DNA from: a bacterium
Lineage (GTDB): Bacteria; Zhuqueibacterota; Zhuqueibacteria; Zhuqueibacterales; Geothermadaptataceae
Direction of reading: 5' to 3'
DNA: 64,000 nucleotides
NCBI GenBank assembly: GCA_024275575.1
Contig: JAJRYV010000130.1
Span: 60,565-124,564, forward strand
A program made the position numbers and the translations under genes. Under the pieces are notes generated by a model. It did no database searches and was not told where the DNA came from. It was given only the letters and a program-made list of their open reading frames with translations. This document shows positions 28,272 through 38,826 of this stretch, piece after piece. Every line of letters begins with the position of its first letter. Position 1 is the stretch's first letter.

Positions 28272-31200
28272 GTGGAGATGATAAATATAAAAAAAGTAGT
28301 GATCCTCGGTAGTTCGGCTTTAAAAATTGGTGAGGCGGGGGAGTTCGATTATTCCGGAAGTCAGGCGATCAAGGCCTTGAAAGAGGAGGGTATCGCCACC
28401 GTGCTCATCAATCCCAACATTGCCACGATTCAGACCTCCGAGCATTTGGCAGACAAAGTCTATTTCCTGCCGGTTACGGCCCATTTTGTTGAAAAAGTGA
28501 TTGAAAAAGAAAAACCGGACAGCATTTTGTTGGGTTTTGGCGGCCAGACCGCACTCAATTGCGGCCTCGAGCTGGCGAAGAAAAACATCTTTGGAAAATA
28601 CAATATTGCTGTTTTGGGCACCCAGGTTTCTGTCATTCAGGAAACGGAAGACCGCCGGCTTTTTACCGCTAAACTGGCCGAGATCGAGGTGAAAACACCC
28701 CGCAGCGTCGCTGTTGAAAGCGTTGAAGAAGCCGTTCGGGAAGCCGCGAAAATCGGCTATCCGGTGATGCTGCGCATCGCTTATGCACTCGGTGGGTTGG
28801 GTTCAGGTTTGTGTGAGAATGAGCAGGAAGTGCGAGAACTGGCGTCGAAAGGTTTTGCCTACACCAGCCAGATTCTGGTGGAAGAATATCTGCACGGCTG
28901 GAAAGAAGTCGAATATGAAGTCATGCGCGACAGCAGTGATAATTGCATCACCGTATGCAACATGGAAAACTTTGATCCCATGGGCATTCACACTGGTGAA
29001 AGCATCGTGGTGGCGCCGAGCCAGACGCTTTCCAACCATGAATATCATAAATTGCGTGAAATCGCCATTCGTGTCATCCGGCATCTCGGTATCGTCGGAG
29101 AATGCAATATCCAGTATGCTCTCGATGCCAAATCAGACGATTACCGCGTTATCGAAGTCAATGCGCGTTTGTCGCGTAGCTCGGCGCTGGCTTCAAAAGC
29201 GACGGGATATCCACTGGCGTTCATCGCAGCAAAACTGGCGCTGGGGCACAGTCTTGTCGATTTAAAAAACGCGGTGACGCAAACGACGATGGCCTGTTTC
29301 GAACCGGCGCTCGATTATATCGTCGTCAAAATACCACGCTGGGATTTGAAAAAATTTCGCATGGTTTCCAAGCAGATTGGTTCCAGCATGAAATCTGTTG
29401 GCGAAGTCATGGCCATCGGGCGTAATTTTGAAGAAACCCTGCAAAAAGCCCTGCGCATGCTGGAAATCGGCGTCGATGGTCTGATCGGCAATGCGCATAT
29501 CGTTTTTGATGATCTGGAATCGGAACTTAAAAATCCGACAGACGAGCGCGTTTTCGCCATTCCGGCGGCATTTCAAAAGGGCATGACCATCGATGAAATC
29601 CATGCCCTGACACAGATCGACTGCTGGTTTCTCTACAAGATTAAAAACATGTTCGATACGGCTGAAAAATTGCGCGTTTATGCCAAAGGCATCTGTCCCA
29701 AAAGTGCCCTGCTGGCCTCGAAACAGGTGGGTTTTTCCGATATCCAGATTGCCGAAATGCTGCAAGTGGGATCGCGGGAAATTGCCGCAATGCGCCGGAA
29801 TTACGGCATCGCACCGGTGGTCAAACAAATCGACACCCTGGCTGCGGAATATCCCGCCCGCACAAATTTTCTTTATTTGACCTATAACGGCAGCGAAAAC
29901 GATATCGCTGACAGCCATAAAAAAACGGTCATCGTACTGGGCTCCGGCGTCTACCGCATCGGCTCATCGGTAGAGTTCGACTGGTGCTGCGTCAATGCTG
30001 TGATGACGCTGAAAAAGCTCGGCTACAACACGGTGATGATCAACTATAATCCCGAAACCGTGAGCACCGACTACGATGAATGTGATCGTTTGTACTTTGA
30101 AGAATTGACTTTCGAAACGGTCGCGGATATTTATCAAAAAGAAAATCCCATCGGCATTCTCATCGCTATGGGTGGGCAGACGCCCAATAATCTGGCGCTC
30201 AAATTCCATGAAGCGAAGATGACGGTTCTCGGCACCAGTCCGATGAAAATCGACCAGGCGGAAGATCGGCATAAATTTTCCTCGTTGCTCGATGAACTTG
30301 CTGTTGACCAACCCCAATGGAGTGAGTTGAGCTCAATCGCAGAAGCTAAAAGTTTTGCCGCAAAAGTGGAATATCCGGTGCTTATCCGGCCGTCCTATGT
30401 TTTAAGCGGTTCGGCGATGGCGGTGGCTTCCAACGACCGCGAGCTGGAAAAGTTTCTCGGCAAAGCCGCAGATATTTCCAAAGAACATCCGGTCGTGATC
30501 AGCAAATTTATCGAAAACGCTAAAGAAATCGAATTCGACGGCGTTGCTAAAAATGGCGAGCTGGTGTGCCACGCCATCTCTGAACACGTTGAAAATGCCG
30601 GTGTACATTCCGGTGATGCGACCCTGGTTTTGCCGCCGCAGCGCACGTTCATCGAAACACTGCGGCAGATTCGCGTCAGCGCCCGGAAAATTGCTAAAGC
30701 GCTGCAGATCACCGGTCCGTTCAATATGCAGTTCATCGCCCGCGATAACAAAGTGAAAGTCATCGAATGCAATCTGCGGGCGTCGCGCAGTTTTCCATTT
30801 GTCTCAAAAGTCTACAATCTCAATTTTATCGATATCGCCACGCGGGTGATTCTCGGCGAAAATGTCGAAGTGGTGGAACGCTCGTACATGGATATGGAAT
30901 ACGTCGGAGTGAAAGCGCCGCACTTTTCCTTCACTCGCCTGCTCGGCGCTGATCCGACGCTGGGTGTGGAGATGAGCTCAACCGGCGAGGTCGCCTGTCT
31001 CGGCGATGATTTTCAGGAGGCGTTTTTAAAAGCTATGCTGTCGGTAGGATTTAAACATCAGATCAAATCGGTGCTGCTCTCTGCGGGACCGTTAGAGAAA
31101 AAACCGGATTTTGTTGCTGTTGCACGTCAACTCAACAAACGCGGGATAAAACTTTATGCCACCGGCGGTACGGTGCAGTTCCTGCGTCAATACGGCATCG

Positions 31201-31469
31201 AAGCAGAGATGCTTTTCTGGCCGCTGGAAAAGAAAAAACCCAACGCAGCCGATTATCTCGGCGAAGGCAAAATCGACCTGGTGATCAATATCCCGAAAAA
31301 TTTCCAGGAAGAGGAACTCACCAACGACTACATCATCCGCCGTAAAGCTGTCGATTACGCTATCCCGCTGATCACTGAAGGCCGCCTCGCCCGCCGTTTT
31401 CTCGAAGCCGTACTCAGCAAAAGTGATGACGATCTGCACATCAAAAGCTGGGATGAATATCGGGAGTAA
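28272..31469 (+). CDS. carB: Carbamoyl-phosphate synthase large subunit
   Basis: 1065 aa with two ATP-grasp halves ('VVILGSSALKIGEAGEFDYSGSQA...', 'VIVLGSGVYRIGSSVEFDWCCV...') and a C-terminal MGS-like domain. The start is GTG 28272 or ATG 28278. Confidence 0.95.
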   Translation: MEMINIKKVVILGSSALKIGEAGEFDYSGSQAIKALKEEGIATVLINPNIATIQTSEHLADKVYFLPVTAHFVEKVIEKEKPDSILLGFGGQTALNCGLELAKKNIFGKYNIAVLGTQVSVIQETEDRRLFTAKLAEIEVKTPRSVAVESVEEAVREAAKIGYPVMLRIAYALGGLGSGLCENEQEVRELASKGFAYTSQILVEEYLHGWKEVEYEVMRDSSDNCITVCNMENFDPMGIHTGESIVVAPSQTLSNHEYHKLREIAIRVIRHLGIVGECNIQYALDAKSDDYRVIEVNARLSRSSALASKATGYPLAFIAAKLALGHSLVDLKNAVTQTTMACFEPALDYIVVKIPRWDLKKFRMVSKQIGSSMKSVGEVMAIGRNFEETLQKALRMLEIGVDGLIGNAHIVFDDLESELKNPTDERVFAIPAAFQKGMTIDEIHALTQIDCWFLYKIKNMFDTAEKLRVYAKGICPKSALLASKQVGFSDIQIAEMLQVGSREIAAMRRNYGIAPVVKQIDTLAAEYPARTNFLYLTYNGSENDIADSHKKTVIVLGSGVYRIGSSVEFDWCCVNAVMTLKKLGYNTVMINYNPETVSTDYDECDRLYFEELTFETVADIYQKENPIGILIAMGGQTPNNLALKFHEAKMTVLGTSPMKIDQAEDRHKFSSLLDELAVDQPQWSELSSIAEAKSFAAKVEYPVLIRPSYVLSGSAMAVASNDRELEKFLGKAADISKEHPVVISKFIENAKEIEFDGVAKNGELVCHAISEHVENAGVHSGDATLVLPPQRTFIETLRQIRVSARKIAKALQITGPFNMQFIARDNKVKVIECNLRASRSFPFVSKVYNLNFIDIATRVILGENVEVVERSYMDMEYVGVKAPHFSFTRLLGADPTLGVEMSSTGEVACLGDDFQEAFLKAMLSVGFKHQIKSVLLSAGPLEKKPDFVAVARQLNKRGIKLYATGGTVQFLRQYGIEAEMLFWPLEKKKPNAADYLGEGKIDLVINIPKNFQEEELTNDYIIRRKAVDYAIPLITEGRLARRFLEAVLSKSDDDLHIKSWDEYRE

Positions 31470-31911
31470 CCACTCTGATGACAGCGGAATGGATTGCCGG
31501 GCATTTTTCTTGCGTATGCCACTCGTCAAGTCTCCGGTCGATGTTGTCGGGGTTTGATGGGCGAATGCATGGGTTTAAATCCGCCAACGAACATGCGGGA
31601 CTAAAAAGTTACTCACAATTCACGATAATAACAAACCGCACGGATACCACCCACTGCGCCGAATTCAACCACATCACTTTCCGCTACCGGTGGGATACGC
31701 ACACTCAAAGATTGCACAACTGTTAAATGATTGCCCGGTTAAAAAATGGCACCTGTTTTGCATTTGATCGCGTGGTTATTGACAAGGACAAGTTTTTTTG
31801 CAGGATGCAGAAAGAGGAGCTTTAAAACACGTTAGGTTGACTAATCAATAACTAAAAAAAGATCTTCTGGCATTGACATCAAGGCAAGGACTACAAGGAG
31901 ATCGTATAAAC

Positions 31912-31960
31912 GGGACTGACAGACTTCGTGCACAACACCCTGGGTCAGTCCCATTTTTTT
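31912..31960. terminator. Hairpin plus T7 tract at the convergent end of the carB-side gap and hisIE
   Basis: gggactgac (31912-31920) pairs with gtcagtccc (31944-31952), followed by T7 (31954-31960) that overlaps the hisIE stop codon. The 23-nt loop is long for a canonical terminator. Confidence 0.35.
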
Positions 31961-32609
31961 ATCTGATACGTTCGAGCAGGGCTTTGCCCACTTCTTCAAA
32001 GCTGATTTGTCGCTGTTCAAACATGACAGATAGGTTGTAGATCAGGTCCGCTGTTTCACTCACCAGCCGTTCATCGCTTTCGCTGACTGCTGCAAGCGCT
32101 ACTTCCACCCCCTCCTCCCCAAATTTTTTAGCGATTTGGCCAATGCCCTTTTCGAAAAGTTTAGTGGTGTAGCTGCCTTCTGGCCGCTCGTGATTGCGCT
32201 GGTGAACGATCTTCTGCAGATGTTCCAGCGCGGCGTAAAGCGTTGGCGATGTTTTACTTTCGTCTGTCGCCTTTGGCCTATTTTCAAAACAACTCACCCT
32301 ACCCGTATGGCAGGTCGGGCCTTCGGGCAAAACTTCAAGCAGTAGCGCGTCGGCGTCACAATCAAAAGTGATGCTGACAATTTTTTGGTAATGACCGGAG
32401 CTTTCGCCTTTTTCCCACAAACGCCGCCGACTGCGGCTGTAAAACCAGCAATGACCGCTGGCGATGGATTGCGCCAGACTTTCACGGTTCATATAACCAA
32501 GCATGAGCACCTGTCGTGTATGGGCATGTTGCAGAACGGCCGGGATTAAACCATTTTTATCAAACTGAAGTTTATCCGGTTCAAGCAGGAATGCGTATGG
32601 GGATGCCAT
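31959..32609 (-). CDS. hisI: Bifunctional phosphoribosyl-AMP cyclohydrolase / phosphoribosyl-ATP pyrophosphatase
   Basis: PRA-CH part '[26 protein letters not shown]...[20 protein letters not shown]...DCDADALL'. PRA-PH part '[28 protein letters not shown]'. It is the last gene of the his operon. Confidence 0.9.
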   Translation of the reverse strand: MASPYAFLLEPDKLQFDKNGLIPAVLQHAHTRQVLMLGYMNRESLAQSIASGHCWFYSRSRRRLWEKGESSGHYQKIVSITFDCDADALLLEVLPEGPTCHTGRVSCFENRPKATDESKTSPTLYAALEHLQKIVHQRNHERPEGSYTTKLFEKGIGQIAKKFGEEGVEVALAAVSESDERLVSETADLIYNLSVMFEQRQISFEEVGKALLERIR

Positions 32610-33342
32610 TTTTTAAAAATTCTTTCTTGATTTCTTCGATGGTTAATTTGCGAAAGTGGAACAGCGAAGCTGCGAGCACAGCATCGGCTTTGCCTGTTTC
32701 CACTGCATCGATAAAATGCTGCACGGTGCCGGCGCCACCGGAGGCGATGACCGGAACAGAGGTTTCCTCCGATATGCGTGCCAGCAAATTATTGTCAAAT
32801 CCGCTCTGCGTCCCGTCGCAATCCATCGAGGTGATCAGTAATTCTCCCGCGCCGAGTTCGACTGCTTTTTTTGCCCACTCAATGGCGTCCATGTCTGCTG
32901 ACCGACGGCCACCGTGGGTGTACGTATCCCAACTTTTATCTTTTCGTTTCGCGTCGATCGCCACGACCACACACTGGCTGCCGAAAGCTTTTGCCCCAGC
33001 ACTGATCAAAGTTGGATTTTCGACCGCCGCAGTATTAATGGATATTTTATCCGCGCCGGAGCGCAAGAGTTGACGCATATCTTCAACAGAGCGAATGCCG
33101 CCACCGACGGTAAATGGAAGATGAATTCTTTCCGCCACCCGCCGCACCATGTCGACGAGAATTTCGCGGCCGTCGGAACTGGCGGTGATATCGAGAAAAA
33201 CCAGTTCGTCAGCGCCTTCTTCGTCATAAAATTGAGCCTGTTCTACCGGATCGCCGGCATCGATTAAATCGATGAAATTTACACCTTTAACAACACGGCC
33301 GCCAGTGACATCGAGGCAGGGGATTATTCTTTTAGCCAGCAT
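32581..33342 (-). CDS. hisF: Imidazole glycerol phosphate synthase, cyclase subunit
   Basis: '[23 protein letters not shown]...[13 protein letters not shown]...[10 protein letters not shown]...[12 protein letters not shown]', the canonical HisF. Confidence 0.95.
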   Translation of the reverse strand: MLAKRIIPCLDVTGGRVVKGVNFIDLIDAGDPVEQAQFYDEEGADELVFLDITASSDGREILVDMVRRVAERIHLPFTVGGGIRSVEDMRQLLRSGADKISINTAAVENPTLISAGAKAFGSQCVVVAIDAKRKDKSWDTYTHGGRRSADMDAIEWAKKAVELGAGELLITSMDCDGTQSGFDNNLLARISEETSVPVIASGGAGTVQHFIDAVETGKADAVLAASLFHFRKLTIEEIKKEFLKNGIPIRIPA

Positions 33343-34072
33343 GATTTTCTTTGATACAAGTTAAGGCATCCCGCAATTGGATGCGGCCTTCGTAAAGTGA
33401 TTTGCCGAGAATAGCGCCGTTTAACCCCCCGGCATCGAGGGCACATAGTTTTTTGATATCGCGCAGATCGCGGACGCCACCGGAAGCGATAATTTGCATC
33501 TCTGTATTTTCAAGAAAGAGTTTGAGTGCATTGATATTGACACCGGTGAGCATGCCATCGCGGGCGATGTCGGTAAAAATAGCCAGTTTTATGCCGATAT
33601 TTTGCATGCGTTTGGCAAAAGCCAGCGCATCGATCTGACTGGTGCGCTCCCAGCCATCTACCGCAACGCGGCCGTCGCGGGCATCGATGGCCAGGGCGAT
33701 TTTATCGCTGCCGAATTCTTTGATAGCATTCTGTACCAGCGCCGGACGTCGCACGGCAATCGTGCCCAAAATCACCCGTTCGATGCCGGTTTCCAACAGC
33801 CGGCCAATGTCACTGAGCGTACGCAGTCCGCCACCGGTTTGCACTTTAATTTTAACTTCAGCTACAATCTTTTCAATAAGAGCCGTATTGCTGGTTTCCT
33901 CATCAAAAGCGCGGTCGAGATCGACGATATGCAGCCACGTTGCCCCGTGCTTCCTGAATGCCTGTGCTGCGGCCAGCGGATCGCCGTTATAAACTTTCTC
34001 ACGTGTTTTTTCACCCTGCTGCAGGCGCACACATTTGCCGCCGCGCAGGTCGATTGCCGGATAAATAATCAT
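33332..34072 (-). CDS. hisA: ProFAR isomerase
   Basis: '[20 protein letters not shown]...[10 protein letters not shown]...VQTGGGLRT...[11 protein letters not shown]'. Confidence 0.9.
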   Translation of the reverse strand: MIIYPAIDLRGGKCVRLQQGEKTREKVYNGDPLAAAQAFRKHGATWLHIVDLDRAFDEETSNTALIEKIVAEVKIKVQTGGGLRTLSDIGRLLETGIERVILGTIAVRRPALVQNAIKEFGSDKIALAIDARDGRVAVDGWERTSQIDALAFAKRMQNIGIKLAIFTDIARDGMLTGVNINALKLFLENTEMQIIASGGVRDLRDIKKLCALDAGGLNGAILGKSLYEGRIQLRDALTCIKENHAG

Positions 34073-34665
34073 AGGTCAATAAAATTTCTCAAAATTTGCA
34101 TTCCAGTTTTTTGGCTTTTTTCCGGGTGAAATTGAACGCCGAAAATGTTCCTGTCATTAACGATTGCTGTAAATCTATTTGTATGCTCACAATGAGCGAT
34201 TTCAAAATCCAGATCATCAGCCGGAACATAAAATGAATGAGCGAAATAAACATATTCGCCACTTTTAATTGATTTCAACAGGGCATTCCGGCGGCAAATT
34301 TCCAATGTATTCCAACCCATATGGGGAATTTTTCCACCCGGTGAAAAGCGGCGAACTTTATTTTCGAAAAATGAGAGTCCGGCAACAGCGGCTGACTCCT
34401 CACTGCGTTCAAACAAAATCTGCGCACCGGCACAGACGCCGAGTATTTTCACGCCATCCGCCGCTACCTTGTGAATAAAATCCTGGAAGTGGCGTTCGTT
34501 TAACGCCCGCATCGCATCTCCGAACTCGCCGACACCGGGAATGACGATTTTGCCACCGTCGTAATCCTTGGGCTGAGTGATGATTCGCGGTTCCGCCCCG
34601 AGAAACTCAAATGCCTTGACAACGCTGAATAGATTTCCACCTTCGTAATCGACGATACTGATCAC
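34069..34665 (-). CDS. hisH: Imidazole glycerol phosphate synthase, glutaminase subunit
   Basis: 'ISIVDYEGGNLFSV...IVIPGVGEFG...LGVCAGAQIL...GVQFHPEKS'. 4-nt overlaps with both neighbours. Confidence 0.9.
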   Translation of the reverse strand: MISIVDYEGGNLFSVVKAFEFLGAEPRIITQPKDYDGGKIVIPGVGEFGDAMRALNERHFQDFIHKVAADGVKILGVCAGAQILFERSEESAAVAGLSFFENKVRRFSPGGKIPHMGWNTLEICRRNALLKSIKSGEYVYFAHSFYVPADDLDFEIAHCEHTNRFTAIVNDRNIFGVQFHPEKSQKTGMQILRNFIDL

Positions 34666-35249
34666 AGCACACCTTTCGAAGAGGGCACACCGCTTCTTCT
34701 GTCATCATAGTGCACAGCCCGGCGTATAGCCTGCCCCAGCGATTTGAACACAACTTCAATCATGTGATGTACGTTGCGGCCTTTCAGAATATCACAGTGC
34801 AATGTCAGGCGGGCATTATTGGCCAGCGCCAGCAGAAAATCCTGTACCAGTTCTCCCGGAAAATCACCGGCGAATTTGCCGTCCAGCGCATGAGTAAAAT
34901 CGAGAAAAGGGCGGTCGCAGAAATCGACGACACATCGCGCCAGCGCCTCATCCAGCGGCACGATGGCGTTGCCATAGCGAAATATCCCATTTTTGTCGCC
35001 AATAGATTTTTGCAGCGCCTGGCCCAGAGCGATGCCCAGATCTTCAACTGTGTGGTGAAAATCGACGTGTAAATCACCATCGGCTTTTATTTTTAAATCG
35101 ATCAATGAATGCACCGCGAACAAATGCAGCATGTGATCAAAAAAGCCGATACCAGTGCTGATTTCAGCTTTGCCGCTGCCATCGAGATCGAGGGCAAGCT
35201 GCACTTCCGTCTCGCCGGTTTTGCGCACGATTGTCGCAGTTCGTTTCAT
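34662..35249 (-). CDS. hisB: Imidazoleglycerol-phosphate dehydratase
   Basis: 'RKTGETEVQLALDLDG...GIGFFDHMLHLFAVHS...DFHHTVEDLGIALG...NVHHMIEVVFKSLG'. Confidence 0.9.
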   Translation of the reverse strand: MKRTATIVRKTGETEVQLALDLDGSGKAEISTGIGFFDHMLHLFAVHSLIDLKIKADGDLHVDFHHTVEDLGIALGQALQKSIGDKNGIFRYGNAIVPLDEALARCVVDFCDRPFLDFTHALDGKFAGDFPGELVQDFLLALANNARLTLHCDILKGRNVHHMIEVVFKSLGQAIRRAVHYDDRRSGVPSSKGVL

Positions 35250-36315
35250 TATATCTTATCCAGTTTTTTAAAACTTTTAATCACTTTTTTGTTATCAGCC
35301 GGGGTGCCGACATTAAATCGCAGGCAGTTCGCCAGTCCCGGGTAACCACTGACATCACGCACCAGTATCCCGTCATCAAGAAAATGCCGGAAGGCTTTGT
35401 GACCGTTTGCAGTTCGTACCAAAAAAAGTTGGCATTGGAGGGGTAGACTTTTAATCGGGTCAAATTCTGTAATTCCTGCCAGAGCAATTCCCTTTCACCA
35501 ACGATCGCTTTTATCTGCTCTTCGATGAGTTCAGGGTAATTCAGAATTTCCGAAACTGCTATTTGAGCCGCCATATTGACGTTATATGGAACGCAAGTTT
35601 TGCGAATCTCGGCTATGAGCGTTTTATGGGCGATGAGATAACCAACGCGAAAGCCTGCCATGGAAAGTGCTTTTGAAAAGGTTCTTAAAATAACAAGATT
35701 TTCGTATTTTGGCAAGAGGGATATTAAATTATCTTGATGAAACTCCTGATAAGCCTCATCGATGAGCACAAGCCCGTTCACTGCTGCCAGAATTTTTTCA
35801 ATTTCTGCGCATGAAAAAGCATTCCCCGTCGGATTGTTAGGACTACATAAAATCATCATTTTTATGCCCTCACTTGCATAAGCGGCAAGAATCTCGGCAA
35901 CCGGCAGGGAAAAATCATCTGTATTTAATGTCACGGTTTTGATTTCCGCACTGAGAACCTGATTGAAAACCTGATACAAGGAAAACGACGGCGCAGTGAG
36001 CATGACTTTATCACCAGCGGAAACCGCCGCTAAAAGAGCGGTCAAAATCAACGAATTGGAACCGTGTCCGACCAAAACCTGCTCATGCCGCACCCCGGCA
36101 AAAGCGGCAATTTTTTGCGTCAACTCAGCCGAACTGTAATCCGGATACTGCCCCCATTTCACCGTTTTTATTTTTTGCAGAATACTGTCTTTAATTGCTT
36201 CCGGTAAATCGAAAGGGTTTTCATTCTGGTCCAGCTTGACGTCGCAGAATTGTTTTTCAAGGTGGTAACCTTTCATCTGCTGCACGTTTGGCCGGATATA
36301 TTTTGTCACGTCCAT
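35249..36315 (-). CDS. hisC: Histidinol-phosphate aminotransferase, interrupted by a 1-nt frameshift in an A7/T7 homopolymer (35421-35427)
   Basis: The track ORF is 35281..36315. After '...VYPSNANFF' it runs 46 aa in a non-homologous frame. The adjacent frame reads 'LVRTANGHKAFRHFLDDGILVRDVSGYPGLANCLRFNVGTPADNKKVIKSFKKLDKI' and ends in a TAA at 35249-35251 that shares one base with the hisB ATG (TAATG). The upstream body includes the PLP-lysine region 'ILRTFSKALSMAGFRVGY'. Confidence 0.85.
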
Positions 36316-36492
36316 CGGATACTATTTCCTATAAGATCATAAATTATCAGAAATCCGGCCAAAAAATCTGCATTGATGGCCGGAATACTGGCCTGAAAGC
36401 CCCCTTCGCGCTATTGATCGCGAGTGAGGGTAAACAGATACTTCTATTTCAACATAAACACAGGTACTCACGGGCAATGTTACCCAATATCA

Positions 36493-37785
36493 CTATTGCT
36501 TCAACCGCGCCAAAGCCGCCAAAGCATGGTTGGGCAATTGTTCCGCCCGCGCCAGGCGGTCGACGAATTCAGCTTCCCGCTGCCAGCTTTCTTTTGTGTA
36601 TTCGATGATGTCCTGATGGCGCACGAAATCGTAGACACCCAGTGCTGAAGCGAAACGCGACGTGCTCATGGTCGGTAACGTATGGTTTGGCCCGGCGATA
36701 TAATCACCCATGGGCACCGGTGAATATTGCCCGAGAAAAATGGCGCCGGCATGTTTGATCCGCGGCAGGATGGCGCGCGGATTTGCCGTCATAATTTGTA
36801 AATGCTCGGGCGCAAAATGGTTGATAATTTCGAGGGCATGGGCAGGTTTTTTTGCAAAACAGACGCAGGCGCCGCTCTGCCAGGCCTGCTGTAAAATCTC
36901 GCTGCGCGCTGCATTTTTCAGTTCAGATTCCGTCAATTGTATAATATCCTGCGCTTTGCTTTCATCTAACGACACGACGAGACAGCGGGCCAGGGGATCG
37001 TGCTCCATTTGGGCAAAGAGATCGCGCACTACCCATTCGCTCACCGTGTGCTCATCCACCAAAATCGCCACTTCCGAAGGCCCGGCGATGAGATCGATGC
37101 CCACCGTACCGAAAAGCTGGCGTTTGGCTTCTGCCACCCAGGCATTGCCCGGCCCGACGATTTTATCGACTGCGGGCATCGTTTTCGTGCCGTAGGCCAA
37201 AGCCGCTACAGCCTGGGCGCCGCCGCATTTAAAAATGCGATCCACTCCGGCCAGTTTTGCCGCCAAAAGCAATAGCGCATCGATGGTGCCGCTTTGCCTG
37301 TCCGGCGGTGATACCATGATGATTTCCTCAACCCCGGCGATTTTCGCCGGAATCGCCGTCATCAGAACCGTCGAGGGATATTTCGCCCGGCCGCCGGGAA
37401 TGTAGACGCCGACCTGTTCAATCGACAAAACGCGTTGTCCTAAAATAACGCCATCGCGGTTGATTTCCCAGCTTGCCTGTTTTTGTTGCCGGTGGAAAAT
37501 GCCGATGTTTTTCGTAGCGGCTTCCAATGCCGCCCTGAGTCCGGCATCAACCGAGGCAGCGGCTTCATTCCACTCATCGGCGCTGATTTCCTGTTTTTCC
37601 GGGTTTAATTCGACGCCGTCGAATTTCGCCGTCAATGCAACACAGGCGGCGTCCCCCCGATCTTTTACCTGCTGCAAAATATTACGCACGGCAGCGGAGA
37701 CCGAATCGTGCCGGTTTTCATCCTGTTTAAAAAATGTCGCTACACGCGAAATATCATCGCGGGTTTTAATTTGAAAATATTTCAT
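36493..37785 (-). CDS. hisD: Histidinol dehydrogenase
   Basis: 430 aa. 'VGVYIPGGRAKYPSTVLMTAIPAKIAGV', 'GPGNAWVAEAKRQLFGTVGIDLIAGPSEV', 'APEHLQI', 'GAIFLGQYSPVPMGDYIAGPNHTLPT'. Confidence 0.95.
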   Translation of the reverse strand: MKYFQIKTRDDISRVATFFKQDENRHDSVSAAVRNILQQVKDRGDAACVALTAKFDGVELNPEKQEISADEWNEAAASVDAGLRAALEAATKNIGIFHRQQKQASWEINRDGVILGQRVLSIEQVGVYIPGGRAKYPSTVLMTAIPAKIAGVEEIIMVSPPDRQSGTIDALLLLAAKLAGVDRIFKCGGAQAVAALAYGTKTMPAVDKIVGPGNAWVAEAKRQLFGTVGIDLIAGPSEVAILVDEHTVSEWVVRDLFAQMEHDPLARCLVVSLDESKAQDIIQLTESELKNAARSEILQQAWQSGACVCFAKKPAHALEIINHFAPEHLQIMTANPRAILPRIKHAGAIFLGQYSPVPMGDYIAGPNHTLPTMSTSRFASALGVYDFVRHQDIIEYTKESWQREAEFVDRLARAEQLPNHALAALARLKQ

Positions 37786-37997
37786 TGGTTTCTCGATGAA
37801 AAATGATTGCGGTTATTAAGATTTCACATCTCGCCTGGCGGGATTTTCTTCCTGCTTGTCAACCGCAGGATTCCGGCTAAATTTATTGTTACAATACTTG
37901 CAGTAGAATGAATCCCTCAGCTCTTTCAAAAAGAACCCACCTGAAGGCGGCTCAATTATCAAGCGATCGATCCAATAATCCATCCATAACCCAGCCT

Positions 37998-38651
37998 TCA
38001 CTCTGCTCGCAGCGCCGAAACCACCGCGTCCAACTGCCTTAATTTGAGTTTGTGGCTGGCTTTGTTGATGATAAATGTTGCCGTCACCGGCAGGATGTCT
38101 TCAAAAATCACGAGTCCGTTTTCTTTCAAAGTTGTGCCGGTTTCAACGATATCGACGATGATGTCGGCCAATTGTGCCAGCACACCCAGCTCGACAGAGC
38201 CGTTTAGCGCAATAATTTCCGCCTGCACGCCAAGTTTATCGAAATGCCAGCGCGTAATTCCCGGATATTTCGTCGCTACACGCACCGAAGAACGCAGGCG
38301 CCAGTTGCGGTTGCGGTCACCGGGAAAACCGGCGATCGCCAGCTTGCACCGACCGAAATCGAGCTCCAGCGGTTGAAATACATCGACGCCGCTTTCCAGC
38401 AGCGAATCTTTGCCGACGATGCCGAAATCAGCGATACCGTGCTCGACATAGATCGGCACATCACTGGGTTTGACAAACAGCGCCTGCACGGTATGGCTTT
38501 TGTCTTCGATGATGAGTTTGCGGCTTTTTTTATCGGCCTCGGAAAAGATAAAGCCGGCCAATTTCAATTTTTCGAAAGCCGGTTGCAGCAGCTTGCCTTT
38601 TGGCAAAGCGGCAATGAGTCTGTCGGTGCGATTAATATTTACAGTTTTCAT
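37998..38651 (-). CDS. hisG: ATP phosphoribosyltransferase, short (HisZ-dependent) form
   Basis: 217 aa with no C-terminal regulatory domain. 'LIAALPKGKLLQPA', 'DVPIYVEHGIADFGIVGKD', 'VATKYPGITRWHF', 'DIIVDIVETGTTLKENGL'. Confidence 0.9.
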   Translation of the reverse strand: MKTVNINRTDRLIAALPKGKLLQPAFEKLKLAGFIFSEADKKSRKLIIEDKSHTVQALFVKPSDVPIYVEHGIADFGIVGKDSLLESGVDVFQPLELDFGRCKLAIAGFPGDRNRNWRLRSSVRVATKYPGITRWHFDKLGVQAEIIALNGSVELGVLAQLADIIVDIVETGTTLKENGLVIFEDILPVTATFIINKASHKLKLRQLDAVVSALRAE

Positions 38652-38826
38652 GTTTTTTATTCAAGCATCCATTTTTAGGCTGGTTTAATATGAATGATTT
38701 TGCTGTTTATCGTGACCGATTCTTCCTGGTCTTCCGTAACAATCGATCCTGTTTTGAGATCAAACCGCTGCATTGCTTCCACAAACCCGTTGATTCAATT
38801 AAGCCGCTCACAATAGACAATTAATT

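Noticed and set aside
29262-29918. 218-aa antisense ORF inside carB
   Set aside because: It is a shadow ORF of a highly conserved gene with no domain signature.
31478-31726. 82-aa ORF in the carB-hisIE gap
   Set aside because: It has no RBS, an odd composition and no motif. The region is treated as non-coding.
33494-34129. 211-aa plus-strand ORF across hisA/hisH
   Set aside because: It is antisense to two canonical his genes, which is typical shadow-frame behaviour.
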